The position numbers and the translations under genes are program-made. A stretch of DNA of 64,000 bases from Lingula anatina (taxonomy: Eukaryota > Animalia > Brachiopoda): the NCBI GenBank assembly GCA_051362555.1, contig CM120649.1, positions 4,154,001-4,218,000 on the forward strand. The letters run 5' to 3'. The notes beneath the pieces were generated by a model. That model was not told the origin of the DNA. It saw only the letters and a list, made by a program, of their open reading frames with translations, and made no database searches. Shown piece after piece: positions 52,201 through 63,923 of this stretch. The first letter of the stretch is position 1. Each line of letters begins with the position of its first letter.

Positions 52201-55200
52201 TCTAGTCCCTTATATCTCCAAAACTGGCAGAGATAGGTCCATAGTTACTATTGAAGTTGAATAGGAAGTCATATACTGGCAATCTTACTATGACCTTGAA
52301 ATTGACCTTTGACCTACTTTTCACCATGAACTGAACTTTGCAAATTTTTCTTCCCTTTTATCTCCAAAACTGGCAGAGATAGGTCCATAGTTACTATTGA
52401 ACTTGAATAGGAAGTCATATACTGGCAATCTAAATGTGACCTTAAAATTGACCTTTGACCTACTTTACACCATGAACTGAATTTTGCAAATTTTGCTTTC
52501 CTTTTATCTCCAAAACTGGCAGAGGTAGGTCTGTAGTTACTATTGAACTTGAATAAGAAGTCATATACTGGCAATCTATATGTGACATTAAAATTGACCT
52601 TTGACCTACTTTTCACCATGAACTGAATTTTGCAAATTTTGCAAATTTTGCTTTCCTTTTATCTCCAAAACTGGCAGAGATAGGTCCGTAGTTACTATTG
52701 AACTTGAATAGGAAGTCATATACTGGCAATCTAAATGTGACCTTAAAATTGACCTTTGACCTACTTTTCACCATGAACTGAACTTTGCAAATTTTTCTTC
52801 CCTTTTATCTCCAAAACTGGCAGAGATAGGTCCATAGTTACTATTGAACTTGAATAGGAAGTCATATACTGGCAATCTAAATGTGACCTTGAAATTGACC
52901 TTTGACCTACTTTTCACCATGAACTGAAATTTGCAAATTTTCTTCCCTTTTATCTCCTAAACTGGCAGAGATAGGTCCATAGTTACTATTGAAGTTGAAT
53001 AGGAAGTCATATACTGGCAATCTAAATGTGACCTTAAAATTGACCTTTGACCTACTTTACACCATGAACTGAATTTTGCAAATTTTGTTTTCCTTTTATC
53101 TCCAAAACTGGCTGAGATAGGTCCGTAGTTACTATTGAACTTGAATAGGAAGTCATATACTGGCAATCTAAATGTGACCTTAAAATTGACCTTTGACCTA
53201 CTTTTCACCATAAACCGAACTTTGCAAAATTTGCTTCCCTTTTATCTCCAAAACTGGCAGAGATAGGTCCATAGTTACTATTGAACTTGAATAGGAAGTC
53301 ATATACTGGCAATCTAAATGTGACCTTTAAATTGACCTTTGACCTACTTTTCACCATGAACTGAACTTTGCAAACTTTTCTTCCCTTTTATCTCCAAAAC
53401 TGGCAGAGATAGGTCCATAGTTACTATTGAACTTGAAAAGGAAGTCATATACTGGCAATCTAAATGTGACCTTAAAATTGACCTTTGACCTACTTTACAC
53501 CATGAACTGAACTTTGCAAATTTTGCTTCCCTTTTATCTCCAAAACTGGCTGAGATAGGTCCATAGTTACTATTGAACTTGAATAGGAAGTCATATACTG
53601 GCAAACTAAATGTAACCTTAAAATTGACCTTTGACCTACTTTACACCATGAACTGAATTTTGCAAATTTTGCTTCCCTTTTATCTCCAAAACTGGCAGAG
53701 ATAGGTCCATAGTTACTATTGAACTTGAATAGAAAGTCATATACTGGCAATCTAAATGTGACCTTAAAATTGACCTTTGACCTACTTTACACCATGAACT
53801 GAATTTTGCAAATTTTGCTTCCCTTTTATCTCCAAAACTGGCTGAGATAGGTCCATAGTTACTATTGAACTTGAAAAGGAAGTCATGTACTGGCAAACTA
53901 AATGTGACCTTAAAATTGACCTTTGACCTACTTTACACCATGAACTGAATTTTGCAAATTTTGCAAATTTTGCTTTCCTTTTATCTCCAAAACTGGCTGA
54001 GATAGGTCCGTAGTTACTATTGAACTTGAATAGGAAGTCATATACTGGCATTATAAATGTGCGTTAAAATTGACCTTTGTCCTACTTTTCACCATAAACT
54101 GAACTTTGCAAATTTTGCTTCCCTTTTATCTCCAAAACTGGCAGAGATAGGTCTGTAGTTACTATTGAACTTGAATAGAAAGTCATATACTGGCAATCTA
54201 AATGTGACCTTGAAATTGACCTTTGACCTACTTTTCACCATGAACTGAATTTTGCAAAATTTGCTTCCCTTTTATCTCCAAAACTGGCTGAGATAGGTCC
54301 ATAGTTACTATAAAAGTTGAATAGGAAGTCCTATACTGGCAATCTAAGTGTGACCTTGAAATTGACCTTTGACCTACTTTTTATCATGAACTGAACTCTG
54401 CTAATTTCTTTCTCTTTTAACTTCAAACTTGACAGAGATAGGTCCATAGTTACTCTTGAACTTGAATAGGAAGTCATATACTGGCAATTTACTGTGACCT
54501 TGAAATTGACCCTTGACCTACCTTACGAAGAACTTAAATTTGATTGTACCCTATATTTTTTTTGCAATAGTTTAAAAATTCTTGTTGATTGCATTTTTAC
54601 AGCTTGTCAAGCACAAAACTGGTGGCTTATTTTGTGTATGTGGGGGTCTATACGAATGCGCTTGCTCCAGCTGGTGGTACAATATTTGGAAGGGGTATCG
54701 CCTCTCTGATCCTCTAGTTATGGATTATGGATTTGTCAAATTTTGCTTTCCTTTTATCTCCAAAACTGGCTGAGATAGGTCCGTAGTTACTATTGAACTT
54801 GAATAGGAAGTCATATACTGGCATTATAAATGTGCGTTAAAATTGACCTTTGTCCTACTTTTCACCATAAACTGAACTTTGCAAATTTTGCTTCCCTTTT
54901 ATCTCCAAAACTGGCAGAGATAGGTCCATAGTTACTATTGAACTTGAATAGAAAGTCATATACTGGCAATCTAAATGTGACCTTGAAATTGACCTTTGAC
55001 CTACTTTTCACCATGAACTGAATTTTGCAAAATTTGCTTCCCTTTTATCTCCAAAACTGGCTGAGATAGGTCCATAGTTACTATAAAAGTTGAATAGGAA
55101 GTCCTATACTGGCAATCTAAGTGTGACCTTGAAATTGACCTTTGACCTACTTTTTATCATGAACTGAACTCTGCTAATTTCTTTCTCTTTTAACTTCAAA

Positions 55201-58200
55201 CTTGACAGAGATAGGTCCATAGTTACTCTTGAACTTGAATAGGAAGTCATATACTGGCAATTTACTGTGACCTTGAAATTGACCCTTGACCTACCTTACG
55301 AAGAACTTAAATTTGATTGTACCCTATATTTTTTTTGCAATAGTTTAAAAATTCTTGTTGATTGCATTTTTACAGCTTGTCAAGCACAAAACTGGTGGCT
55401 TATTTTGTGTATGTGGGGGTCTATACGAATGCGCTTGCTCCAGCTGGTGGTACAATATTTGGAGGCGGTATCGCCTCTCTGATCCTCTAGTTATGGATTA
55501 TGGATTTGTCTTTACTAGAAAATAGACTGAAGTCAGGGCTTGACACTAACTTTTTTCCGTACTGGCCCGAGATATTGGTAAATATTGCAAGGATGATTTG
55601 ACACATGACCTTTTACTTGCTCTTTGGGCCAGTGACCACATCGATTCAATGGCCCTAGGTTGGTTTTCATTGGCCCAGGGCCAGTGGGCCACCCTTAATG
55701 TCAAGTCCTGCAAAGAAGTAACAATTAACACCAATTTTCAGGCTAAAGTGATTTTGTGTAAATAGCACCAAGTTGAGACGGTTCCATCTGAAGAGAAACC
55801 GGACCATTTGTTCCTTAGAAAAAATTAGTTTTTCATCATCTCTTTTCTGTGGAGACTTGTTTGCTAACTGTGAAGCATGGTGCTTTGAGGTTTTTATTGT
55901 GCCCAGCTAACATAGGCCAGGGTGTTTTTACGGGAATTGCCCTCATATGGTGACAAGGTAGTCATTAAGACGGCTCTAGGAGGAAGATTTGAAATGTCAC
56001 ATCTCGTGGCAAAAAAAAAACAGTTACTCAGTTCTGAACTGATTGTGTACTTTTTTATTATGACTTTTTTTTTTTTCAGGACCACAGTGGAGAAAGTAAA
56101 GCTGGATCCTACCAGGACCCAAAAAAATCCTCTCTTGGCGCTGGCATTTAAATTGGAGGTGAGCAGACTTCAGCTTTTTCCACGGAAATGTGGAATTTTG
56201 CATTCTTTAATTCAATGCTGATTGTTCCTGAGATTCATCAAGATCTGCAATTAAATCTAGTTTCGAGTTTTTTTTTTAACCAAGGCTCATGACTGGGTGA
56301 GACAGCATGCAGAAATTAGTATAAGCTCCTCTTGAGTTGGTTAGGGACATCATTTGCGTTGAGTGTTGGTGCAATTCGCAAGCTACCATGTTGCCATGCA
56401 GTAAATACTACATCGATCTCCTCTAATTCTTGATAGAGTTGACAACCAGTGAACTGCGTGGTTAAAATGTTGCAGTGATGTGTATTCATGTTGAAGAGTG
56501 TCAGAAGTTTGTTCATATGTTAACCAGTTACAGTTACGAAACTCAAATTTAGTCCCATTGTTTTTACCCAATACTATGGACGTTCACATATATATATATA
56601 TAAAGCATAGAAACAGTTTGAATAGCGTGTCCCCACAGACAGAGAAAATGTCAATGAAATATTGAGAGAACAGTTTCATTAGCTCTGTATGTATAAATTC
56701 AAATTATGGTTTTTCTTTTTATCAAGAGCTTGTAAAATATGTGGGTATTACCTCCAATATTTCTGTGACTGTCAGTCACCATCATCAGGGTGAAATGACT
56801 AGGGTCATTTACTCCCTGATGATGGTGACTGACAGTCACAGAAAATGACCCTAGTCATTTACTCCCTGATGATGGTGACTGACAGTCACAGAAATATTGG
56901 AGGTAATACCCACATATTTTACAAGCTCTTGATAAAAAGAAAAACAATAATTTCAATGAAATATTGTTTTCTATTATTGTTTGGATCCAATTTAAAGATC
57001 TCTAATTTAACAACAAGCACATGATTTGATACTTAAGCAAAGATGTCGTAGAATTTTGGTCAGCTGACTGTCATGTGTTGACTGGATGGCATGCCACGCC
57101 TCATAGGTAGAAACCATGTGAAATTTTGCAGCCTCTAATGAAACTTTTTTTTCACAATTTTTTTACAATTCTGAATTTTTTTTTTTTTGTTCCAGGCTGG
57201 TAAGTTTGGGCAGCTGACCTACATGAGAGTCTATCAAGGATGTATCGCAAAAGGAAGTACGCTCTTAAACACGAGAACTGGGAAGAAAATCCGTGTGGCC
57301 CGACTGGTGCGAGTCCACTGCGACACAATGGAGGTTAGTTTTTTTTATGATAATTAATTCCTCATACAACAACTAAGATAAGTATTTCAGTGTTTAACAG
57401 GACACCTTCATCAGGGAAAGAGGTTACAGGTGTTACAATATCCTTTTTATAGTTTCCTTTTTATACATTGAAAGGATGTTTTGGCTTTTTAAGCAGCAGG
57501 GCTAAACAGGTCTGTAGGTTTAAAGTTTTGCAAACCGAGGCTGTTTCTATCACAATTTCTGTGAGGTTTGGTATAATAGCCACTTATAGATTTTTCATGT
57601 CTGCTCTAGGGCATGTTCCCAGTGATACTTGTTCCCATGTAGATTGGTCCAACTCTGCTTGGGACACTCCTGAAATGCAATCAGATGAACTGAATGACGC
57701 CCCTCCAGGAGCTGCAAGGGGGCGATTAATTTTCACGTGCATTTGCACTCCAAACTGCCAGAAGCTGAGCAGACACACAAGTTTATCGTCCCTTAGGGAC
57801 CATTCCCACAGATATTTGGATCAATCTAACTCCCTGGGGAGTCTCACTATATTGCTGTCAATTTGGCTGGCTTAAATGTCTGTCACGCCTAGTAAAGCTG
57901 TTAGGGGGTAATTATCTTTACCCTAGCTGATTCGGTAGGCGTGACAGACATTTAAGCCGGTTAGTTGATAACAATTTAGTGAGACTCCCCAGGGAGTTAG
58001 ATCGATACAGATAGATCGATCTATGTATGGGAACCCAGTCTTACTCCTGGAGGCGTGTCATTCAGTTAATGTGATCATATTCAGCGCAAGCCCCTCCCCG
58101 GGAAAAATCGATATATGTAGAACAATATTTTTATTGGAAACACACCCCTTAATTTTTTTAAAATTCTTTTTGGTGTGATTTCAGACATTAACAGAGGCAT

Positions 58201-61200
58201 ACGCTGGAGATATCTGTGCTTTGTTTGGCGTGGAATGTGCCAGTGGTGACAGCTTCGTAGACTCTGCCAAATTTGCTAATATGTCCATGGTAAGTGACAA
58301 TGATCTTTGACAACATCATAATTTGTAGACACCTACCTTTGCAAATATGTCCATGGTAAATGATGATGATATTTGACAATGTCAAGGAAATAAGTTATTT
58401 ATATACCTGTGATAGGTAACGGTAATTGTAGATACTACCAAATTTGCAACAGTGCCTACGGTTATTGACAATGATCTTTGACAACACCATGTTTTGTTGA
58501 CACAAACGCCTTTAAGTTAGTTATATACCTGTTTTAAGTGACAGTGATTGTAGACAACACCATTTTAATTTGTGGATAGAAAGTGACAAGGATCATAGAT
58601 GTACCAATGGGAATGAGAGAGTAAGATGACGCCCACGTGACAAAACAAAAGACGAACACGAGTGAAGAAAATACATTCATACGGCTACATTCACCCCCCT
58701 TCTCAAAGAAATGTCCTTCCTGATTACACTTAAAGCAAACAATTGGCTTTGCATTTCTGTTCCGTGACTCACTCATTTTTTCCTCCAAATCACTTACCCG
58801 ACGGCCGATTTTTTCCATGCCCGACACCAACAAATCTAATTTCCTATTTATTTCTAAGACAGAGAAATTTTCATCTTTGTCTTCATAAACACAATTTTTC
58901 CGTTGAGAAATGTCATTTGGATCAGAGTGCTCTAAATCTGATATGCGAGAAGCTAACATATCTACTTTTTTCATCAAGTCTACGGAAACATCAGACTGAG
59001 GCTTACCTTGGTATGAGGAAGTTTCACGGGAGCCTGAAAATTCTAATTCTGCCACACGTGCACTTACCATCAATTCCTGAAAAGTTTCTCCGGAATGGTA
59101 ATGATGCCTCAATGCATGCTTAACGTTGACTGAAAACAATCCAGAGAAAAATTTCGACCGTAAAATTCTATCACGTTTTTTTCCTTCCCTAACTTCTGGA
59201 TCTACTCTACTAATTGTATCCACTAAATTACTAAATTAATTGTTGATTTACTTCTGGTAAACCTGTGTTTAGGTCATGTAATATGAAGCAGTGTTGATTC
59301 AAAAGTAAATTGGCATCAATACAATGGCATCATGTCAGAACTTGCGTGGATATTTATTAGTATATGATACTGTTAATCAGTCAGGAGCTTTCCCGACTAC
59401 TGGCGGATCCCCAGCTTTTTGGGAGCCAAAAATATCACTCCTGAGTTTGATGCAGAGGGCCCCCTGGCCCCCACGCCATATGTTCAGACTTTTTGACTAA
59501 ACGGCCATCTCAATCCTGTGTTAATACAGTGTCTATTATTGGTTATTTTCTAGGAACCTATTCATGTGCCTGAGCCTGTGATAGCTATGTCAATCAAATG
59601 CGAAGACTCCAAAAAGGCAGACAATTTCTCGAAAGGAATAGCGCGTTTTACGCGGGAGGACCCTACCTTCAGAATGGAATACGATGAGGAACACAGGGAA
59701 AGCATTGTAATGGGGATGGGAGAGCTGCATTTGGATATATACTCTCAGGTTTGTATGGGTGCATGCATGCATATGTGTGTGTATGTTTTTTTTCTGTGTG
59801 TGTGTGTGTGTGTGTGTGTTTATGTGTGAGAGAGAGAGCAAGAGGGAGAGTGCATGCGCTTTTTTGCAAATCTGTTATCAATTACTGTGACGTAAGTGAC
59901 TATTTTACAAAACAAAACAAATTTAACTATAAATGTATTTTGTGCATGTGTATATTTATTTGTGGGAGAGAGAGAGCAAATTGTTTATCTTATTTAAAGG
60001 CTATTTGTGAACTAACATGTCCATGTAACTGTAGAATTTGGCATGTTTACATGGGCTTTTTTGTTGGTAGCAATGTCAAAAGTAAAATGATTGAATCCGG
60101 TGAAAAAGTCATATGTTTCTTAAAAGACCAAACATATTAAAAAACCTCAGAGGCATGATGTTTTTCAGTATTTTTCTACGACCATTTCAAAAGATAGAAA
60201 AGACATAGTAGAACTATTGTCATGGTGTGATTAAATTTGTGATTTCAGAGACTGGAAAAAGAGTATGGTGCTAAGGTGATATTGGGAAAACCACGAGTTG
60301 CTTTCAGAGAGACATTACAAGCACCATGCGAGTAAGCCTTTATTTAGTGTAGTGGAGAAGTAAAATGGGATAAAAATGATAGTATATGAAAATTTTAAAA
60401 AATAATAATAAAATAATAAATGATAGTTATCAAGTTAAAGGCAGCAGTTTTCTGACCATCAGTTAGGTTGTTTTAAACTTTTAAGCTTTTCAAGAAACTA
60501 TTTATCACAACTTGGTATTTATGGATTCGTATTGAATGTCTGACATTGTTATGCTTCAGTAGAACAGGTTTTTCAGTGTGTAAAGATGGTAAAAAGTAAA
60601 TTCTTTCTAAAAGTCAATATCTGTATATTTGTCATCTTAAGCTACCTTTTTACAAGTGTCCACCTTGAATTCCAGATCATGATAAGATCATTCTTAATAT
60701 TTTAAAGATTATTTATTTATTTATTATTATTTTGTCAATAAATTTAGTTTGTTTTTTTCTCTAGGTTTGACTATCTCCACAAACGTCAGAGTGGTGGACA
60801 GGGGCAGTATGGAAGAGTTATTGGAATTGTTGAAGTAAGTCCACCCACCTGCCAAAAATGTATTTTCCTTATAGCCAGAGACCTAGTTAACAATATTTTC
60901 AACCAAGCAGAAATTTTGAGATTAACCAATTTGGACAATGAGTTAAAAAATTGGTGAAGAAAAAGTTAATTGTTTCTATAGAAGTTATATGTTTTGACCC
61001 TTCATCAGAAAGTGTTGATCACATGACTGAGTTCTGGAAGAAACAGCTCACTTTCCCACTATCTTAATACAAAAGGCAACAAAATTGCATATGTGGAAAA
61101 GAAAAAAAATGCTTTTGCAAATCTCATATTATAAAAAATTACAGATATATGATGTTTAAATATATATTAAGAAGGCATTTCACCTTGAATTGTATTTGAA

Positions 61201-61385
61201 AGTAAAACAACCACAAATGTGACCTTGATTTTTTTTTTCAAGGCAAGACACTTTACAAAATATTAAGATCATTTTTTATTTCCATCTTTTAGCCTCTCCC
61301 TATAGAACAGAATACAGAGCTGGAATTTTACGACGAGTGCACAGGAACCAACGTGCCTAAAGGATACATGCCAGGCATTGAGAAG

Positions 61386-61420
<35 letters not shown>

Positions 61421-62907
61421 CGGAAGTAGTAATAATTTATTCCGACTTCCAATTTTTTTAGCAGAATTCTGACTTGGGCAGCCTTCTTACCTGTGGTGTC
61501 CATGACAACAAACCATAACTGCCTACCTTTTTCTCACAATATGTATCGAGTAGCTCCAAATTTTTTTTTAATAAAAAAAAAAAGAAAAAAAATCAGTTAA
61601 TTTTAAAGTTAAATAACCTTAGCCATTATTGAAGATATTGCAATGAAAATTGGGATATTTTAGGAAAATGAGGTTTTTAATAAATGCTAAAAATTTCATG
61701 ACTCTACCTTTCTTAGTTTTGCTACACCAAAAAAGATTTAAAAAAATTTTTTTTTTGAACTTAAAAGTCATGCTGGCCTATGCCATGCTGGCCTATATGA
61801 CAGGTGCCTGTGTCTTGCAGTTTTGACAGCTCTCATTATATTTTTGATTTTATGATAATACCAAAACTGTTTCACTTTAACACTTGAAAAAATCACAGGT
61901 GAGCAATAATAATCTATCAATAAAAATGTAGAAAGCAAAATTCACATTTTGCGTTAACTGTTGTAATGTACTGAAATTACTAACTTTTTGGAGCCACCTG
62001 ATATAGTATACTAGTAGTAATAATAAGAGTAACAAAATTAGAGACTTCACATTTTTTATGGCATGACGTTGCAGACTTTACAAACCCACTACTTATCCAA
62101 TGTCTTTATAAAAGAGACAGTGAAATATGCATTTGAAATTGTTGGTTTGATTTTAATTCAGCTCTGTCTTTCCAGGGTTTTAGGACTACAGCAACAAAGG
62201 GTCCTTTGATAGGAAAACCAGTTTCAGGAATATCATTTACAATAAGAGATGGTATGATATCTTTTGTGTTGATAGAATTATTGATGAAGAGCAGTTGATT
62301 GCTGCTTTTTTTAGTGTAAAAAGTCAGTAGGGATGGGGGAAGGAGGTTAGTGTTGCTGAGATGAAAGGTCCCTAAACCCGAATGAACTTTTCCCTTGTTG
62401 ACCAGGGACAACAGACTGCCTCTTTAAATTGAATATAGAAAATTATGTTAGTTGAATGGGAGCTTTGCAAACTTTGAATCAAATTATTCTAGATGTAGAA
62501 CAAGCACTAAACCTTTATAAAGAGGAAATCAGATTTTCCAGATAAGGGGAGACTTTTCTCACTGATCAATTTACAAAATATTAAATCATTTTGAATTTGA
62601 GTTTTCCATCTTTTGAGTCACACTCCTAATGGAGACTGATGTTTTTCACTCATAAGAGTAAAAAATAGAAACTAATAACTGAAAGAAAAGCATTTACAGA
62701 TTTAATATTGTTTTGTGACGGACATGATTAAGAGAAAAATTTTAAAATTGGCTGGAACTTTTATTTGTTGTGCATTAATGTCTAAAGCGAGTTGTATGTC
62801 ACTCCTCAGTTTAAAATAAAGACCTGAATTCTTTCCAGGGGCCAGCCACAGCGTGGACTCCAGTGAGTATTCCTTCTTCTGTGCCGCTGAGGGAGCAATG
62901 AAGCAAG
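46251..62907 (+). CDS. GFM1: Mitochondrial translation elongation factor G1, exons 1-17 (about 640 aa); gene continues past the window end
   Basis: Exons 46251-46319, 47005-47049, 47296-47415, 48201-48333, 48560-48764, 49191-49307, 49940-50090, 50780-50952, 56080-56158, 57196-57333, 58185-58289, 59554-59748, 60249-60331, 60765-60834, 61293-61385, 62176-62251, 62839-62907, all phase-compatible. Arg-rich mitochondrial presequence; [84 protein letters not shown]. Confidence 0.97.
46527..46852. mobile_element. MITE family B, full copy (PIF/Harbinger type), GFM1 intron 1
   Basis: TTA|GAGGCCATT...AATGGCCTC|TTA with long imperfect inverted arms. Confidence 0.82.
47459..47674 (+). mobile_element. 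MITE family A copy, GFM1 intron 3
   Basis: Family core as at 14783, 29162 and 40221. Confidence 0.85.
50507..50675. mobile_element. hAT-like MITE
   Basis: CAGGGGCGGATCCAG ... CTAAATCTGCCCCTG inverted ends. Confidence 0.55.
51203..55492 (+). mobile_element. Helentron/HINE-like element carrying a 146-bp satellite array, GFM1 intron 8
   Basis: Terminal hairpin GTACCACCAGCG-tta-GCGCTGGCGGTAC near 51209; (CTCCGCCGG)n microsatellite; subterminal inverted repeat TTGTACCACCAGC / GCTGGTGGTACAA (near 54670 and 55443); CTAGTT end. Confidence 0.75.
52210..55300. repeat. 146-bp tandem repeat array, about 20 monomers in two blocks
   Basis: The unit TATCTCCAAAACTGGCAGAGATAGGTCCATAGTTACTATTGAACTTGAATAGGAAGTC...TGACCTTTGACCTAC recurs; ORF coordinates 53344, 53490, 53636 and 53782 step by 146. 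Confidence 0.95.
53965..55510. repeat. 773-bp direct tandem duplication (53965-54737 and 54738-55510)
   Basis: ORFs at 54494 and 55267 are offset by 773 and differ by one residue; the junction is ATTTGTC|AAATTTTGC. Confidence 0.9.
55534..55710. mobile_element. hAT-like MITE
   Basis: CAGGGCTTGACACTAA ... TTAATGTCAAGTCCTG inverted ends; TSD not clean. Confidence 0.6.
56701..56953. mobile_element. Penelope-like inverted-repeat remnant
   Basis: Near-perfect inverted arms of about 90 bp (56701-56790 and 56864-56953), an internal 50-bp duplication, hammerhead motifs, and the flanking direct repeat TCAATGAAATATTG (56651-56664, 56953-56966). Confidence 0.65.
56859..56906 (+). ncRNA. Minimal type I hammerhead ribozyme motif (Penelope-type)
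   Basis: UUACUCC (stem I 5') - CUGAUGA (56866-56872) - stem II GUGACUG/CAGUCAC - GAAA (56891-56894) - UA-UU - GGAGGUAA (stem I 3'). Confidence 0.65.
57796..58040. mobile_element. Palindromic variant of MITE family A, nested in an older fold-back
   Basis: TTA TSD on both sides; internal inverted arms CTTAAATGTCTGTCACGCCTA / TAGGCGTGACAGACATTTAAG; outer inverted pair at about 57688-57711 and 58044-58067. Confidence 0.75.
58590..59223 (-). mobile_element. Internally deleted Ty3/Gypsy LTR retrotransposon fragment (gag, PPT, start of 3' LTR)
   Basis: The 229-aa ORF has a gag-like region ([13 protein letters not shown]...LRHHY...[13 protein letters not shown]), a coiled segment and a zinc knuckle CFKCNQEGH cut before its last Cys, followed directly by the polypurine tract GAGAAGGGGGGTGAA and TGTAGCCG at 58689. 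Confidence 0.78.
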
Positions 62908-63923
62908 GTAGGGTTTATCAAGATGGCATTGAAAATGGGATTCCCTTGTGAAGTAGCACCCCCTCCCCCCCCAAGCCTCAGGGCTTGAGAGAGAATTGCT
63001 CTCCCCTTTTTGCCCTCCCAGCAACTCGCCCCCCTCCAAAAGCGTTAATGAAAACAAAGACTTAACGAGACAAAAACCAGCAAATTTTCACTCCCTAGGA
63101 ACTAAATTTACATATTTAACAAGCAAAGGATCGGGGGCATTTTTTAAAAAAAATTTCAATTCTAGCCTGTCACCCCTTCCCCTTCCTTACCCTGTACCAG
63201 AAGTGTTTAATATATTTTTGTAATTTGGACCCAGCAGTGATTGCGAAAGCCGTCGGACCACGGCCATATGCCGGCAAAAGTTCTGTGGGCTGGAAAACCC
63301 TTTTAACTCATCGGCCCACATGTCCGACAGACTAAAGTCAGTTTCTTTAACAGACACCTCGCCTCATATTTGAATGAATTTATCGTAAAGCTCTAAGTAC
63401 GCACTAATTCGCAAGTAAAACTTTAACTTGCGCCATACTGGCGCGTTTTGTAATAAAGGTCTTGAAGTGTGCGTAGCGATGGTGTGAGGGCTGACGTGTG
63501 ACCCGTTTCACAAAAAAATGTATCGAAACTGAAATTACTACAGGTCAATGAAAAACGTACTGCTCAAGACTCTGAAAACAGGCCGCTCAAACTGCTTACG
63601 ACTGGCCACGCGCGGACCTCTGAGAACACCTAACTACACGTGCTGGGTAAACAAGTATGGCTTCCGTCGGACTGCATGTTGAGTAAACGATAAGTGAAAA
63701 GGAGAAATATTCATTTGCTTTTTAGATGGGTGCTCTTAACTAATTTTAACGGATATTTTAAGTCATATTGCGCCTTTAGCGGTGCTATATGTCAAAATGA
63801 GGGACAACATCATTTTCCATGCGGAAAATCCGCAATGGCACAGTCAGGGTGCAAAACTGTCCATTACAGTATATTCATCTAAACTTTAGTCTTAGATATT
63901 GAATAAAAATTCTTTTCAGACTC

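Noticed and set aside
52314-55482. Repeated 84-101 aa ORFs ([16 protein letters not shown]...) and a CRISPR-like look
   Set aside because: They are translations of a contiguous 146-bp satellite in a GFM1 intron. There are no unique spacers and no cas genes, and the context is eukaryotic.
57468-57875. 135-aa plus-strand ORF in GFM1 intron 10
   Set aside because: It runs through nested MITE sequence and shows no recognisable protein features.
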